The notes under the pieces were generated by a model that ran no database searches, was not told where the DNA came from, and saw only the letters and a list, made by a program, of their open reading frames with translations. This document shows positions 24,408-32,000 of a DNA stretch of 32,000 nucleotides, piece after piece. Position 1 is the stretch's first letter; every line of letters starts with the position of its first letter. The stretch is from Erysipelothrix inopinata (lineage in GTDB: Bacteria > Bacillota_I > Bacilli_A > Erysipelotrichales > Erysipelotrichaceae), in the NCBI RefSeq assembly GCF_014396165.1, contig NZ_CP060715.1, forward strand, positions 1,590,001 to 1,622,000. The letters run 5' to 3'. The translations under genes and the position numbers were made by a program.

Positions 24408-25538
24408 ATGAAAAAATTAAAAGTTATGACCGTCGTCGGAACTCGACCGGAAATTATTCGCTTATCAGCTGTGATTCAACGCCTTGAATCATCAGAAGCT
24501 ATTGAGCATATCCTTGTTCATACAGGACAAAATTATGACTATGAACTTAACGAGGTGTTCTTCGAAGATTTCAAACTAAGAAAGCCTGACTTTTTCCTCA
24601 ATACTGCGACAGGAGCACCAATCGGAACAATTGGCAATATTTTAATTAATATTGAACCAGTTCTAAATGAAGTGCAACCAGATGCATTTTTAGTGTTGGG
24701 AGATACAAACTCTTGCTTGTGTGCAATTGCAGCGAAGAGAATGCATATACCAGTGTTCCATATGGAAGCTGGAAACCGTTGCTTTGATCAACGAGTGCCA
24801 GAAGAAACTAACCGAAAGATTGTTGATCATATTTCCGACATTAATCTTACATATAGTGATATTGCTCGAGAATATCTCCTAAGAGAAGGCATTCCTGCTG
24901 ATCGCGTTATTAAGACAGGTAGTCCGATGTTTGAAGTAATTAATTTGAGAAGAGAGGATATCGAAAATAATACTATTGTTGAGGCTATGAATCTTGTTAG
25001 AGGCAAGTATTTTGTAGTTTCCGCTCATCGTGATGAAAATATCAATTCAGAACGTAACTTTATGAATCTTGTGGATAGTTTGAATGAGATTGCAAAGGTT
25101 TACGATATGCCTGTAATTGTAAGTACTCATCCTCGTACAATGAAAATGATTGAATCACGAGGTGTATCTTTTGATTCAAGGGTTCAAATACTCAAACCAA
25201 TGGGATTTAATGATTATGTTGCACTTCAGGTAAATTCTAAAGCAACTCTAAGTGATTCAGGTACAATTAGTGAAGAGTCATCAATTCTAGGTTTTAATGC
25301 ATTGAATCTGCGTGAAGCACATGAACGTCCAGAAGCAATGGAAGAAGCTTCCGTTATGATGGTTGGGCTTGAAAAAGAAAGAATTCTTCAAGGTCTAGCC
25401 GTTCTTGAAACGCAGGATAAGAATACACTTCGTCATGTTGCTGACTATTCCATGCCAAATGTTTCAGAAAAAGTGCTACGTATTATTATATCTTATACAG
25501 ATTACATCAATCGAAATGTGTGGAAAAAAGTGAGTTAA
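24408..25538 (+). CDS. fnlC: UDP-N-acetylglucosamine/UDP-L-RhaNAc 2-epimerase, non-hydrolysing (CapG/FnlC/WbjD type)
   Basis: 376 aa with KVMTVVGTRPEIIRLS, VLGDTNS and HMEAGNRCFD motifs. It follows fnlB directly (RBS GGAGG). Confidence 0.9.
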   Translation: MKKLKVMTVVGTRPEIIRLSAVIQRLESSEAIEHILVHTGQNYDYELNEVFFEDFKLRKPDFFLNTATGAPIGTIGNILINIEPVLNEVQPDAFLVLGDTNSCLCAIAAKRMHIPVFHMEAGNRCFDQRVPEETNRKIVDHISDINLTYSDIAREYLLREGIPADRVIKTGSPMFEVINLRREDIENNTIVEAMNLVRGKYFVVSAHRDENINSERNFMNLVDSLNEIAKVYDMPVIVSTHPRTMKMIESRGVSFDSRVQILKPMGFNDYVALQVNSKATLSDSGTISEESSILGFNALNLREAHERPEAMEEASVMMVGLEKERILQGLAVLETQDKNTLRHVADYSMPNVSEKVLRIIISYTDYINRNVWKKVS

Positions 25539-25642
25539 GCTTTTTAACGACAAAAATTACGTTTTATTTGTAGATACTGTATAATAGTGTTTGATATTAG
25601 TTAAAATTTAAAAATGTGGTAACCATAAGCTTTGGAGGAAAT

Positions 25643-27148
25643 ATGAAAAAAATTACTATCGTTATGATGTTACTTTCTGTGTGCTCGAAATTTTTAGGAT
25701 TTGCACGAGAAATTGTATTGTCAAAAACCTATGGCGCATCAATTGTTTCCGATGCGTTCTTATACTCATATAGTTTACCTGCGACACTATTCTCAGTTAT
25801 TATTGCAGCGTTTGTGACAGGGTTTATTCCGATGTATACTCGGATTAAAAATGAAGACGGATCTGAAAAAGCAGTTCTCTTCGCAAATAACGTTCAAAAT
25901 GTAATGGTAGTCATTGCATTGGTATTTGGACTGATTTTCGTAACATTTACAGACGTATTTTTAGGTATGTTGGTTCCTTCAGCTTCACCTGAATTATTAG
26001 GATACTTGATTCCATTTACTCAGGTAACTATTTTTACGTTGATTTTCACATGTATTGTTCAAATAATGACAGGATTTTTAAATATTCATGAAAGCTTTAT
26101 TTTTCCTTTAGCTTTATCATTTCCTTTAAATATAATACTAATCGCAACAGTACTTATTTCAAAACAAACGTCTGAATTTATCATGCCATTTGGTATTCTC
26201 TTTGCTTATTTTGTTCAAGCGGCACTAATATTGTGGTATGCAAATCGTAAGGGATTCAAGATTAGTTTCAAGATTAATCTTAAAGATCCAAATTTAAAAG
26301 CAATGCTTGTTCTTGCTATTCCTCTAATTATTGGATCAGCAACTACAAGTATTGGTACCGTTGTAAACCAAGCACTTGCTTCAGGAATTGACGGTGGTAT
26401 TTCTCAAATAACCTATGCTGCTAAGATAGGTGGTATTGTAGAAGGCGTATTTGGCCTGGCGATTATTTCAGTAATGTATCCTGCATTATCAAAGGCAGTT
26501 TCAATTGGTAATATGGAGGATGCTTCTAGGGAGTTTGAATCGGCATTATCGTCATTACTCTTCTTTATTGTTCCTTGTGCGATTGGTATGGCAGTTCTTG
26601 CAAAACCAATTGTTCAATTTATTTATATGCGTGGTGAGTTCGGAATGGAAGAAGTGTTAGTTCTGACACCAATTTTTAGAGCATACAGTTTAGGTCTTGT
26701 AGGATTTTCAGCGTATGGTCTTCTTGCAAGAGTTTTCTACTCATTCCAAGATACTAAGACGCCAATGTACACATCTATACTTTTAATCGGAACTCAAATC
26801 ATTTTAGGATTATTATTATCTAACCGTATGGGCTTGCATGGGATTACGCTAGCTATGACGATTGCTAATGCTATTGGAAGTATTATTCTATTAGTTCTTT
26901 CGTTTAGAAAATTTGAAAACTTTAATTATAAAAAGCTTCTAACAGAAGTCATAAAGATATTTGTGGCAGGACTTTTAATGGGCTTTGTTGCATATGTGAT
27001 TTATGGATTTGTTGGAAATCGCTTTGGAAATACAATGTCCTTACTCTCAGCAATTGGTGCAGGAGTCATTGTTTATTTTGCAATGGTATATATTTTAAAA
27101 ATTAATGTTCTTGTTGAATTTATAGGACAAATAAAGAACAAAAAATAG
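25643..27148 (+). CDS. MurJ/MviN-family (MOP superfamily) flippase, probable repeat-unit flippase of this locus
   Basis: 501 aa counted from the ATG at 25643 (GGAGG 5 nt upstream). The protein is polytopic, and the N-terminus SKFLGFAREIVLSKTYGASIVSDAFLYSYSLPATLF is MurJ-like. Confidence 0.75.
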   Translation: MKKITIVMMLLSVCSKFLGFAREIVLSKTYGASIVSDAFLYSYSLPATLFSVIIAAFVTGFIPMYTRIKNEDGSEKAVLFANNVQNVMVVIALVFGLIFVTFTDVFLGMLVPSASPELLGYLIPFTQVTIFTLIFTCIVQIMTGFLNIHESFIFPLALSFPLNIILIATVLISKQTSEFIMPFGILFAYFVQAALILWYANRKGFKISFKINLKDPNLKAMLVLAIPLIIGSATTSIGTVVNQALASGIDGGISQITYAAKIGGIVEGVFGLAIISVMYPALSKAVSIGNMEDASREFESALSSLLFFIVPCAIGMAVLAKPIVQFIYMRGEFGMEEVLVLTPIFRAYSLGLVGFSAYGLLARVFYSFQDTKTPMYTSILLIGTQIILGLLLSNRMGLHGITLAMTIANAIGSIILLVLSFRKFENFNYKKLLTEVIKIFVAGLLMGFVAYVIYGFVGNRFGNTMSLLSAIGAGVIVYFAMVYILKINVLVEFIGQIKNKK

Positions 27149-27171
27149 TTTAACTTTAGAAGGAGATTCAT

Positions 27172-28287
27172 ATGAAAATTCTAATTTACGGAATGAGTGA
27201 GCAAAGAGGTGGAGTAGAAACTTTTATTTATAATTTCTATTCAAATTTTTCAGATGATGTTCAATGTGATTTTGTTACTGATTTCGCGTCAATTCCATTT
27301 GAAGATGAATTTGTAAGTAAAGGGTCAAGGATCTTTAAATTACCCAGTCGCCGTAAAAATCTAATTGCTTACAATAAATATCTAGATAGATTATTCACTG
27401 AGAATAAGTATGATATTGTTTGGGCTAATGTGTGTACATTAAGTTCAATCGGTGTTCTTTCTTATGCGAAAAAATATGGAGTTCCGGTGAGAATTGTTCA
27501 TAGTCATAATTCAGAGAATATGGGTGGCAAAGTTACAGCATTGCTTCATGGCATGAATCTCAAGAAAATTAAGAATGTAGCAACTGATTTCTGGGCTTGC
27601 TCTCCTGAAGCAGGGGAATGGATGTTTGGAGAAGTCATTGAGACTGAGAAAGTAAAAGTAATTCGAAATGCTATTGATCTCGATAAATTCTCATATTCTT
27701 TAGATATTCGTCAACAAGTTAGAAATGAATTGAATGTCGATAATGAATTTGTTATCGGTCATGTAGGACGATTCCATCCTCAAAAAAATCAAAAGTTTTT
27801 ACTTGATATTTTTAAAGAAATTGTAGCCTTAAAAGATAATTCAAGATTAGTGATGGTCGGTTCTGGTTCTCTTCAAGAAGAAATTGAAAGTTATGCGAAA
27901 GAATTAAATGTTTATGATAAGGTTTTATGGTTAGGGCAAAGATCAGATGTTGAAAGACTTCTTCAAGGATTTGATGTATTCCTTTTGCCATCTGCTTACG
28001 AAGGGCTTCCGTTTGTATTGGTTGAGTCTCAAGCTGCAGCATTACCTTCATATACGACACTTGGAAAGGTTAGCAAGGAATCTAAAATATCAGATTGCTT
28101 AGAATTTGTTGACCTCAATCTTGGTGCAAAGCATTGGGCAACGTTAATTGTAAACAATGCCGATTTACCTAGAGAAAACAATACTGAAGCTTTACGTGCT
28201 ACTGGATTTGATATAGTTACAGAATCCAGAGATATTGAAAAATTCCTTAAAATGAGAGTTGATAGTAAGAATGATGATAAAAAATAA
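27172..28287 (+). CDS. GT4-family (Glycos_transf_1) glycosyltransferase
   Basis: 371 aa with GHVGRFHPQKN and LLPSAYEGLPFVLVESQAAALP (EX7E motif). RBS GAAGGAG. Confidence 0.8.
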   Translation: MKILIYGMSEQRGGVETFIYNFYSNFSDDVQCDFVTDFASIPFEDEFVSKGSRIFKLPSRRKNLIAYNKYLDRLFTENKYDIVWANVCTLSSIGVLSYAKKYGVPVRIVHSHNSENMGGKVTALLHGMNLKKIKNVATDFWACSPEAGEWMFGEVIETEKVKVIRNAIDLDKFSYSLDIRQQVRNELNVDNEFVIGHVGRFHPQKNQKFLLDIFKEIVALKDNSRLVMVGSGSLQEEIESYAKELNVYDKVLWLGQRSDVERLLQGFDVFLLPSAYEGLPFVLVESQAAALPSYTTLGKVSKESKISDCLEFVDLNLGAKHWATLIVNNADLPRENNTEALRATGFDIVTESRDIEKFLKMRVDSKNDDKK

Positions 28288-29413
28288 ACGTATACTACTT
28301 ATTGCGAATACAAGTCGATTTTTCGTTCATTTTATGTTGCCGCTGATTGATACGCTTCGATCAGAAGGTAATATAGTAGATGTTATTGGGAGTGGTGATT
28401 CTGCTGATTTAGAAGCGAAATGCGACCATTTTTATAATGTCAATATGACACGTTTTCCTCTGTCAGGAACAAATATCAGTGCTTATCGCGAAGTGAAAAA
28501 AATAATCAAATCAAATAATTATGATTTGATTCATGCTCATACACCTGTTGGGGGACTTTTACCACGTTACTATAAATATTTTAATCGAAAAAAGGTACCG
28601 CCTATTATTTATACAGCACATGGGTTTCACTTTTTTAAAGGGTCTTCACTTGCAAGCTGGACCATTTTGTATCCAATAGAAAAAGTAATGGCACGTGTAA
28701 CAGATGCATTAATTCTTATCAATCATGAAGATTACCAGCTTTCTTTAGAGAAGAAGCTTAAAGCCAAGAATATTTACTACATTCCTGGGGTCGGTGTCGA
28801 AATTTCTCAATTCAGTAATCTTTCAGATGAGTTAAATCGTGAGGAAATCTGTTCAAAGTTTAATTTAGATCCTAATAAACGATATATTAGTTTTATTGGT
28901 GAACTAAACAAGAACAAGAATCAAAGCCTACTTATTCATATGATGAGCTACTTAAAGGATCAAGTCCCTAATGTACAATTATTATTAGTAGGCGATGGTA
29001 TAGAAACAGAATCATATAAGAAACTCGTTTCCGACTTGAATTTGAACGAATATGTTAAGTTCTTGGGTTATGTCAAAGAAAAAGAAGAAATAGTATTTAT
29101 CAATGAAATTGCACTCTCAAGTTCCTTTAGAGAAGGCCTGCCGATTAACTTAGTCGAAAATATGGCGGCAGGGAAACCGATTGTAGCAACAGATTGTCGC
29201 GGAAATAGAGAATTGGTTATCAATGATAAAAATGGTTTTTTAATTGATTTCGATCCTAAAGTATTTTCGGACCGTGTTTCTCAGTTACTATTGGATTCAG
29301 ATTTATATGCCAAATTTTCTAGTGAATCGCTACTTTTAGCAGAAAAATACGATGTTGATATTATCAACAAGCAATATATTGATGTATATGAGAGTGTGCT
29401 TTATGACAAATAA
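28271..29413 (+). CDS. GT4-family glycosyltransferase
   Basis: About 380 aa with FIGELNKNKNQ and SSFREGLPINLVENMAAGKPIVATDCRGNRELV. The start is uncertain (ATG at 28271 or 28274, or the TTG at 28259 used by the track). It overlaps the upstream gene's end. Confidence 0.75.
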   Translation: MMIKNKRILLIANTSRFFVHFMLPLIDTLRSEGNIVDVIGSGDSADLEAKCDHFYNVNMTRFPLSGTNISAYREVKKIIKSNNYDLIHAHTPVGGLLPRYYKYFNRKKVPPIIYTAHGFHFFKGSSLASWTILYPIEKVMARVTDALILINHEDYQLSLEKKLKAKNIYYIPGVGVEISQFSNLSDELNREEICSKFNLDPNKRYISFIGELNKNKNQSLLIHMMSYLKDQVPNVQLLLVGDGIETESYKKLVSDLNLNEYVKFLGYVKEKEEIVFINEIALSSSFREGLPINLVENMAAGKPIVATDCRGNRELVINDKNGFLIDFDPKVFSDRVSQLLLDSDLYAKFSSESLLLAEKYDVDIINKQYIDVYESVLYDK

Positions 29414-30491
29414 GATAAGAATATTACAAGTTGTCTCCATCATGAATGTGGGTGGAATTGAGACAATGCTTATGAACTATTTACGAAATATTGACAGAAA
29501 CCTATTCGAAGTGGACTTTTTAGTGCATCGTGAAGATGAAGGTTTTTTTGATAAAGAAATAAAAACGCTCGGTGCTCAAATCTATAAGGCGCCAAGTATT
29601 AATCCATTTAAAAAGGGCGAGTATAAGAGTTTTATGAAAGAATTCTTTAACAATCATCACTATGATATTGTGCATTCACACCTTGACGCACTTTCTTATT
29701 TTCCATTGATGTGTGCGAAAAACGCTAATATCGATGTGCGAGTAGCGCATAGTCACGTAAATGGGTTTGATAAAGATGCGAAGTATTTACTTAGACGATA
29801 TTATACTACTAAGATTCCTAAAGTTGCTACAGATTATGCTGCTTGTTCTGAATCAGCTGGAAAGTTTATGTTTCCTAATGCTGAAAATGTAAAAGTTATT
29901 CTAAATCCACTTGATATTGAAAAATTTAAGTATTCTGAACAGTCAAGTCATGATTTAAAACAAGAGTTTAGTATCCCAGAAAATTCAAAGGTAGTAGGTC
30001 ATGTTGGACGTTTTAACAAAGCGAAGAATCATCCTTTTATCGTGGAATTAGCAAAACTAAATCCTGAATTAATATTTGTATGTGTTGGTGAAGGCGATGA
30101 CAAGCCAGTTATTGAAAAATTATGCTTGGATCAAGAAGTTGATAATATTGTTTTCACGGGTGTGAGAAGTGATGTTTACAGATTCTATTCACTTTTTGAT
30201 ATTTTTATTTTGCCGTCATTTTATGAAGGACTTGGAAATGTTGCGATCGAAGCTCAATGTGCTGGTATTCCTACAATTGTATCAGAGCATGTAAGTTCCG
30301 ATGTGGATTTAACGAACCTGGTTGACAGATTTCCATTAAATCTTGATATGTGGTCAAGCGCGATTCAAAAACATATTTCTGATTCTAAAGAATTGATGAT
30401 CCCTCAAAGCCTTATGAAATATGATATCAAACCTGCCTTAGAAAATCTCGAGTCGTTCTATTGTAAATTAGTGGGAGGAAAAGACAAATAA
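29403..30491 (+). CDS. GT4-family glycosyltransferase (paralogous in layout to 27172-28287)
   Basis: 362 aa counted from the ATG at 29403 (MTNKIRILQVVSIMNVGGIETM). Motifs GHVGRFNKAKN and ILPSFYEGLGNVAIEAQCAGIP are present. The track's 5' extension lies inside the previous gene. Confidence 0.8.
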   Translation: MTNKIRILQVVSIMNVGGIETMLMNYLRNIDRNLFEVDFLVHREDEGFFDKEIKTLGAQIYKAPSINPFKKGEYKSFMKEFFNNHHYDIVHSHLDALSYFPLMCAKNANIDVRVAHSHVNGFDKDAKYLLRRYYTTKIPKVATDYAACSESAGKFMFPNAENVKVILNPLDIEKFKYSEQSSHDLKQEFSIPENSKVVGHVGRFNKAKNHPFIVELAKLNPELIFVCVGEGDDKPVIEKLCLDQEVDNIVFTGVRSDVYRFYSLFDIFILPSFYEGLGNVAIEAQCAGIPTIVSEHVSSDVDLTNLVDRFPLNLDMWSSAIQKHISDSKELMIPQSLMKYDIKPALENLESFYCKLVGGKDK

Positions 30492-31567
30492 TGTTTATTT
30501 ATCTAGGTGTCTTATGTTTGTCAGTATTTCCTATTTGGTATTCTGAAAATAATTTTAAAGACACAAACAAACAAAAAAACTATATATTGTATAGTGTTAT
30601 CTTTTCTGCACTGCTGCTTATCTTAGTGGGATCACTTCGAAGCTTAAGTGTTGGATACGATTTGCGAAGTTATCATGAATACTTTGTATCGGATTATTAC
30701 TATAACATTGAAAAAGGATATGTAAGTTTATCGAGGATTGTTGCATATCTGAATTTAGATTTCAGAGTTCTACTTATTCTTGTACAATCTATCGTAATTA
30801 TTCCAATCTATTATGTGCTATATAAAACAAGCAAAATGAAGTGGCTCTCTGTTCTTGGATATCAATCTCTTTATCTTTACGTGAATAGTTTTAATATCCT
30901 AAGACAGTCCCTTGCTATGTCTATATTCTTACTGGCTACGTATTTCCTTGTTACTATGAAGGATAACGTTAAGTCCTCTGTTACGTATGTTGGACTGACA
31001 ATTATTGCATCCTTATTCCACGTTTCTGCCTTACTTCTTATACCTCTCTTTTTCCTTAAATTTTTGAACTTGAACAAGTGGTATATTTTAGGATTAACTG
31101 GGATTTCACTAGTTCTGTTCTTGGGTCATAATCAATTACTAAGTTTTTTAATGAGTCTTTTTAGTCGTGAGTACTACGGAGAGTTTACAATTGAAATTGG
31201 CTACGCAACGATTGCGATATTTGCTGCGTATATTGGATTATTTTTAATACTTAAACAAAAATTACCGGACTTGTATTTGAATAATAAGTTTTTATCTAAT
31301 ATTCTTGTACTTGCACTATTGTTTAATGTTTTATGGGTATGGTTCCCAAATCATGCCAGAATTTCAATGTACTTTTATATGGTTGTTGCAATCTACTTTC
31401 CAACGCTTCTTTACGAGTATTACGAAGTAACGAATAAGAGATGGCAGATCGTAACTTATACTGTTTGTTTAGTAGGGTTCTATGCACTGCAATTAATGAC
31501 TCGTGATTATGGCGGCGTTGTACCATATACGATTCTAATAAATATTTTAATGGGGGTATTCCTATGA
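30491..31567 (+). CDS. EpsG-family / Wzy-like polysaccharide polymerase
   Basis: 358-aa protein with about 10 TM helices. An EpsG-type SVGYDLRSYHEYF motif follows the second TM helix. TAATG overlap with the upstream gene. Confidence 0.7.
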   Translation: MFIYLGVLCLSVFPIWYSENNFKDTNKQKNYILYSVIFSALLLILVGSLRSLSVGYDLRSYHEYFVSDYYYNIEKGYVSLSRIVAYLNLDFRVLLILVQSIVIIPIYYVLYKTSKMKWLSVLGYQSLYLYVNSFNILRQSLAMSIFLLATYFLVTMKDNVKSSVTYVGLTIIASLFHVSALLLIPLFFLKFLNLNKWYILGLTGISLVLFLGHNQLLSFLMSLFSREYYGEFTIEIGYATIAIFAAYIGLFLILKQKLPDLYLNNKFLSNILVLALLFNVLWVWFPNHARISMYFYMVVAIYFPTLLYEYYEVTNKRWQIVTYTVCLVGFYALQLMTRDYGGVVPYTILINILMGVFL

Positions 31568-32000
31568 AGGTTTTATATATAAGTTCGACATATTCTGGAA
31601 TGCACCAAAGTAGTATTTACTTTGATTTAATGCAGGAGTTTCATAAGCATGGTCATGATGTTTATATAGCGTATGCTCGAGAGAAGCGCCTGAATAAAAA
31701 AACAGAATTATATCAAGATAACAATATTACTTATCTTGGTGTCAAAACCATGAATATGACAAAGAACACCAATAAAATTGAAAAAGGGTTGGCTACTATT
31801 TCAATTGATTCCTTGTTTTTGAGGGCTTTTAAAAAGCATTTTTCAAATAAGGATTTTGATCTTGTATTATACTCTACACCGCCAATTACTTTTTCAGATT
31901 CACTAGATTATTTAAAACATCGTAATCCTAGTGCAAAGTTCTTCTTAATGCTAAAGGATATATTTCCTCAGAATGCAGTTGATTTAGAATTAATGAGTCA
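31564..32000 (+). CDS. Glycosyltransferase (GT4, WbuB/CapL-like), 5' part only; runs off the window
   Basis: Not in the ORF track because it has no stop in the window. ATG at 31564 (ATGA overlap with the upstream stop). The frame stays open to 32000 and reads MKVLYISSTYSGMHQSSIYFDL...LYSTPPITF...LMLKDIFPQNAVDLELMS, typical of the N-terminal domain of GT4 enzymes that accompany fnlABC. Confidence 0.65.
   Translation, partial: MKVLYISSTYSGMHQSSIYFDLMQEFHKHGHDVYIAYAREKRLNKKTELYQDNNITYLGVKTMNMTKNTNKIEKGLATISIDSLFLRAFKKHFSNKDFDLVLYSTPPITFSDSLDYLKHRNPSAKFFLMLKDIFPQNAVDLELMS

Noticed and set aside
3083-29402. Longer 5' extensions offered by the track for ORFs starting at 3083, 5517(-), 11051, 16140, 25616, 28259 and 29352.
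   Set aside because: The extensions overlap the upstream gene or begin at GTG/TTG without an RBS. Internal ATGs at 3110, 5508, 11108, 16146, 25643, 28271 and 29403 have SD sequences at proper spacing and match family N-termini or the paralogue start.
131-31526. 22 short ORFs (60-122 aa) in the supplied track: 131-352(-), 3014-3217(-), 4100-4339(-), 5247-5459(-), 6234-6551(-), 8804-9055(-), 9035-9217(+), 10472-10654(+), 10521-10721(-), 11480-11770(-), 13865-14107(-), 14505-14873(-), 16853-17065(-), 19238-19441(+), 19971-20153(+), 20186-20389(-), 22254-22442(-), 23617-23820(+), 23765-23974(-), 27812-28060(-), 30877-31077(-), 31323-31526(-).
   Set aside because: Each lies antisense to, or out of frame within, a long ORF that has clear family motifs. 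They lack RBSs and have low-complexity or odd compositions typical of shadow ORFs in AT-rich DNA.
1-32000. CRISPR arrays, tRNA/rRNA genes, riboswitches, toxin-antitoxin or other defence modules.
   Set aside because: I saw no regularly spaced direct repeats, no cloverleaf-like or rRNA-like conserved stretches, and no long structured leaders. Intergenic regions are short except 17490-18039, which the IS remnant and a promoter region explain. Every sizeable ORF has a metabolic, transport, glycan or transposase assignment.

Overview
This is an AT-rich chromosomal segment (roughly one-third G+C by eye) with low-GC Gram-positive (Bacillota-type) gene content. I cannot name the species from the sequence alone. 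Apart from one small ORF and one IS copy, every gene is on the + strand.

The window has three blocks.

(1) 36-1499: an LCP (LytR-CpsA-Psr) glycopolymer ligase gene with a strong terminator.

(2) About 3.0-12.3 kb: a gamma-glutamyl hydrolase and APC permease pair, with the permease frameshifted at a C5 tract. This is followed by a peptidoglycan amino-sugar salvage cluster: Lac/cellobiose-family PTS EIIC, MupG (DUF871), a second divergent EIIC-like permease, a MurR/RpiR regulator, MurQ etherase and AnmK kinase. Two identical, inverted 1497-bp ISL3-family insertion sequences (1534-3030 and 12378-13874) bracket this block.

(3) 13.9-32 kb: a Wzy-type capsule or wall-polysaccharide locus. It starts with a TviB/WbpO-like dehydrogenase whose 5' end was removed by the second IS, then an intact TviC/WbpP-like epimerase. 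The priming phosphoglycosyl transferase is present twice (16146-17489 and 20909-22252; 22 differences in 447 aa). The two copies flank a degraded third ISL3 end and a phosphocholine module, which consists of a LicC-LicA fusion with an extra N-terminal domain plus a LicB-like permease. Downstream are UDP-L-FucNAc genes (CapE/F/G = FnlA/B/C type), a MurJ-family flippase, three GT4 glycosyltransferases, an EpsG/Wzy-like polymerase and a partial glycosyltransferase that runs off the window.

The most interesting points are:
- the duplicated priming transferase bracketing an IS-scarred phosphocholine cassette;
- the IS-on-IS junction and the deletion that decapitated the dehydrogenase;
- a MurNAc/anhydro-MurNAc module built on Lac-family EIICs with no EIIA or EIIB;
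- a conserved palindrome over the promoters of that module, a candidate MurR operator.

I saw no rRNA, tRNA, CRISPR array or recognisable defence system.
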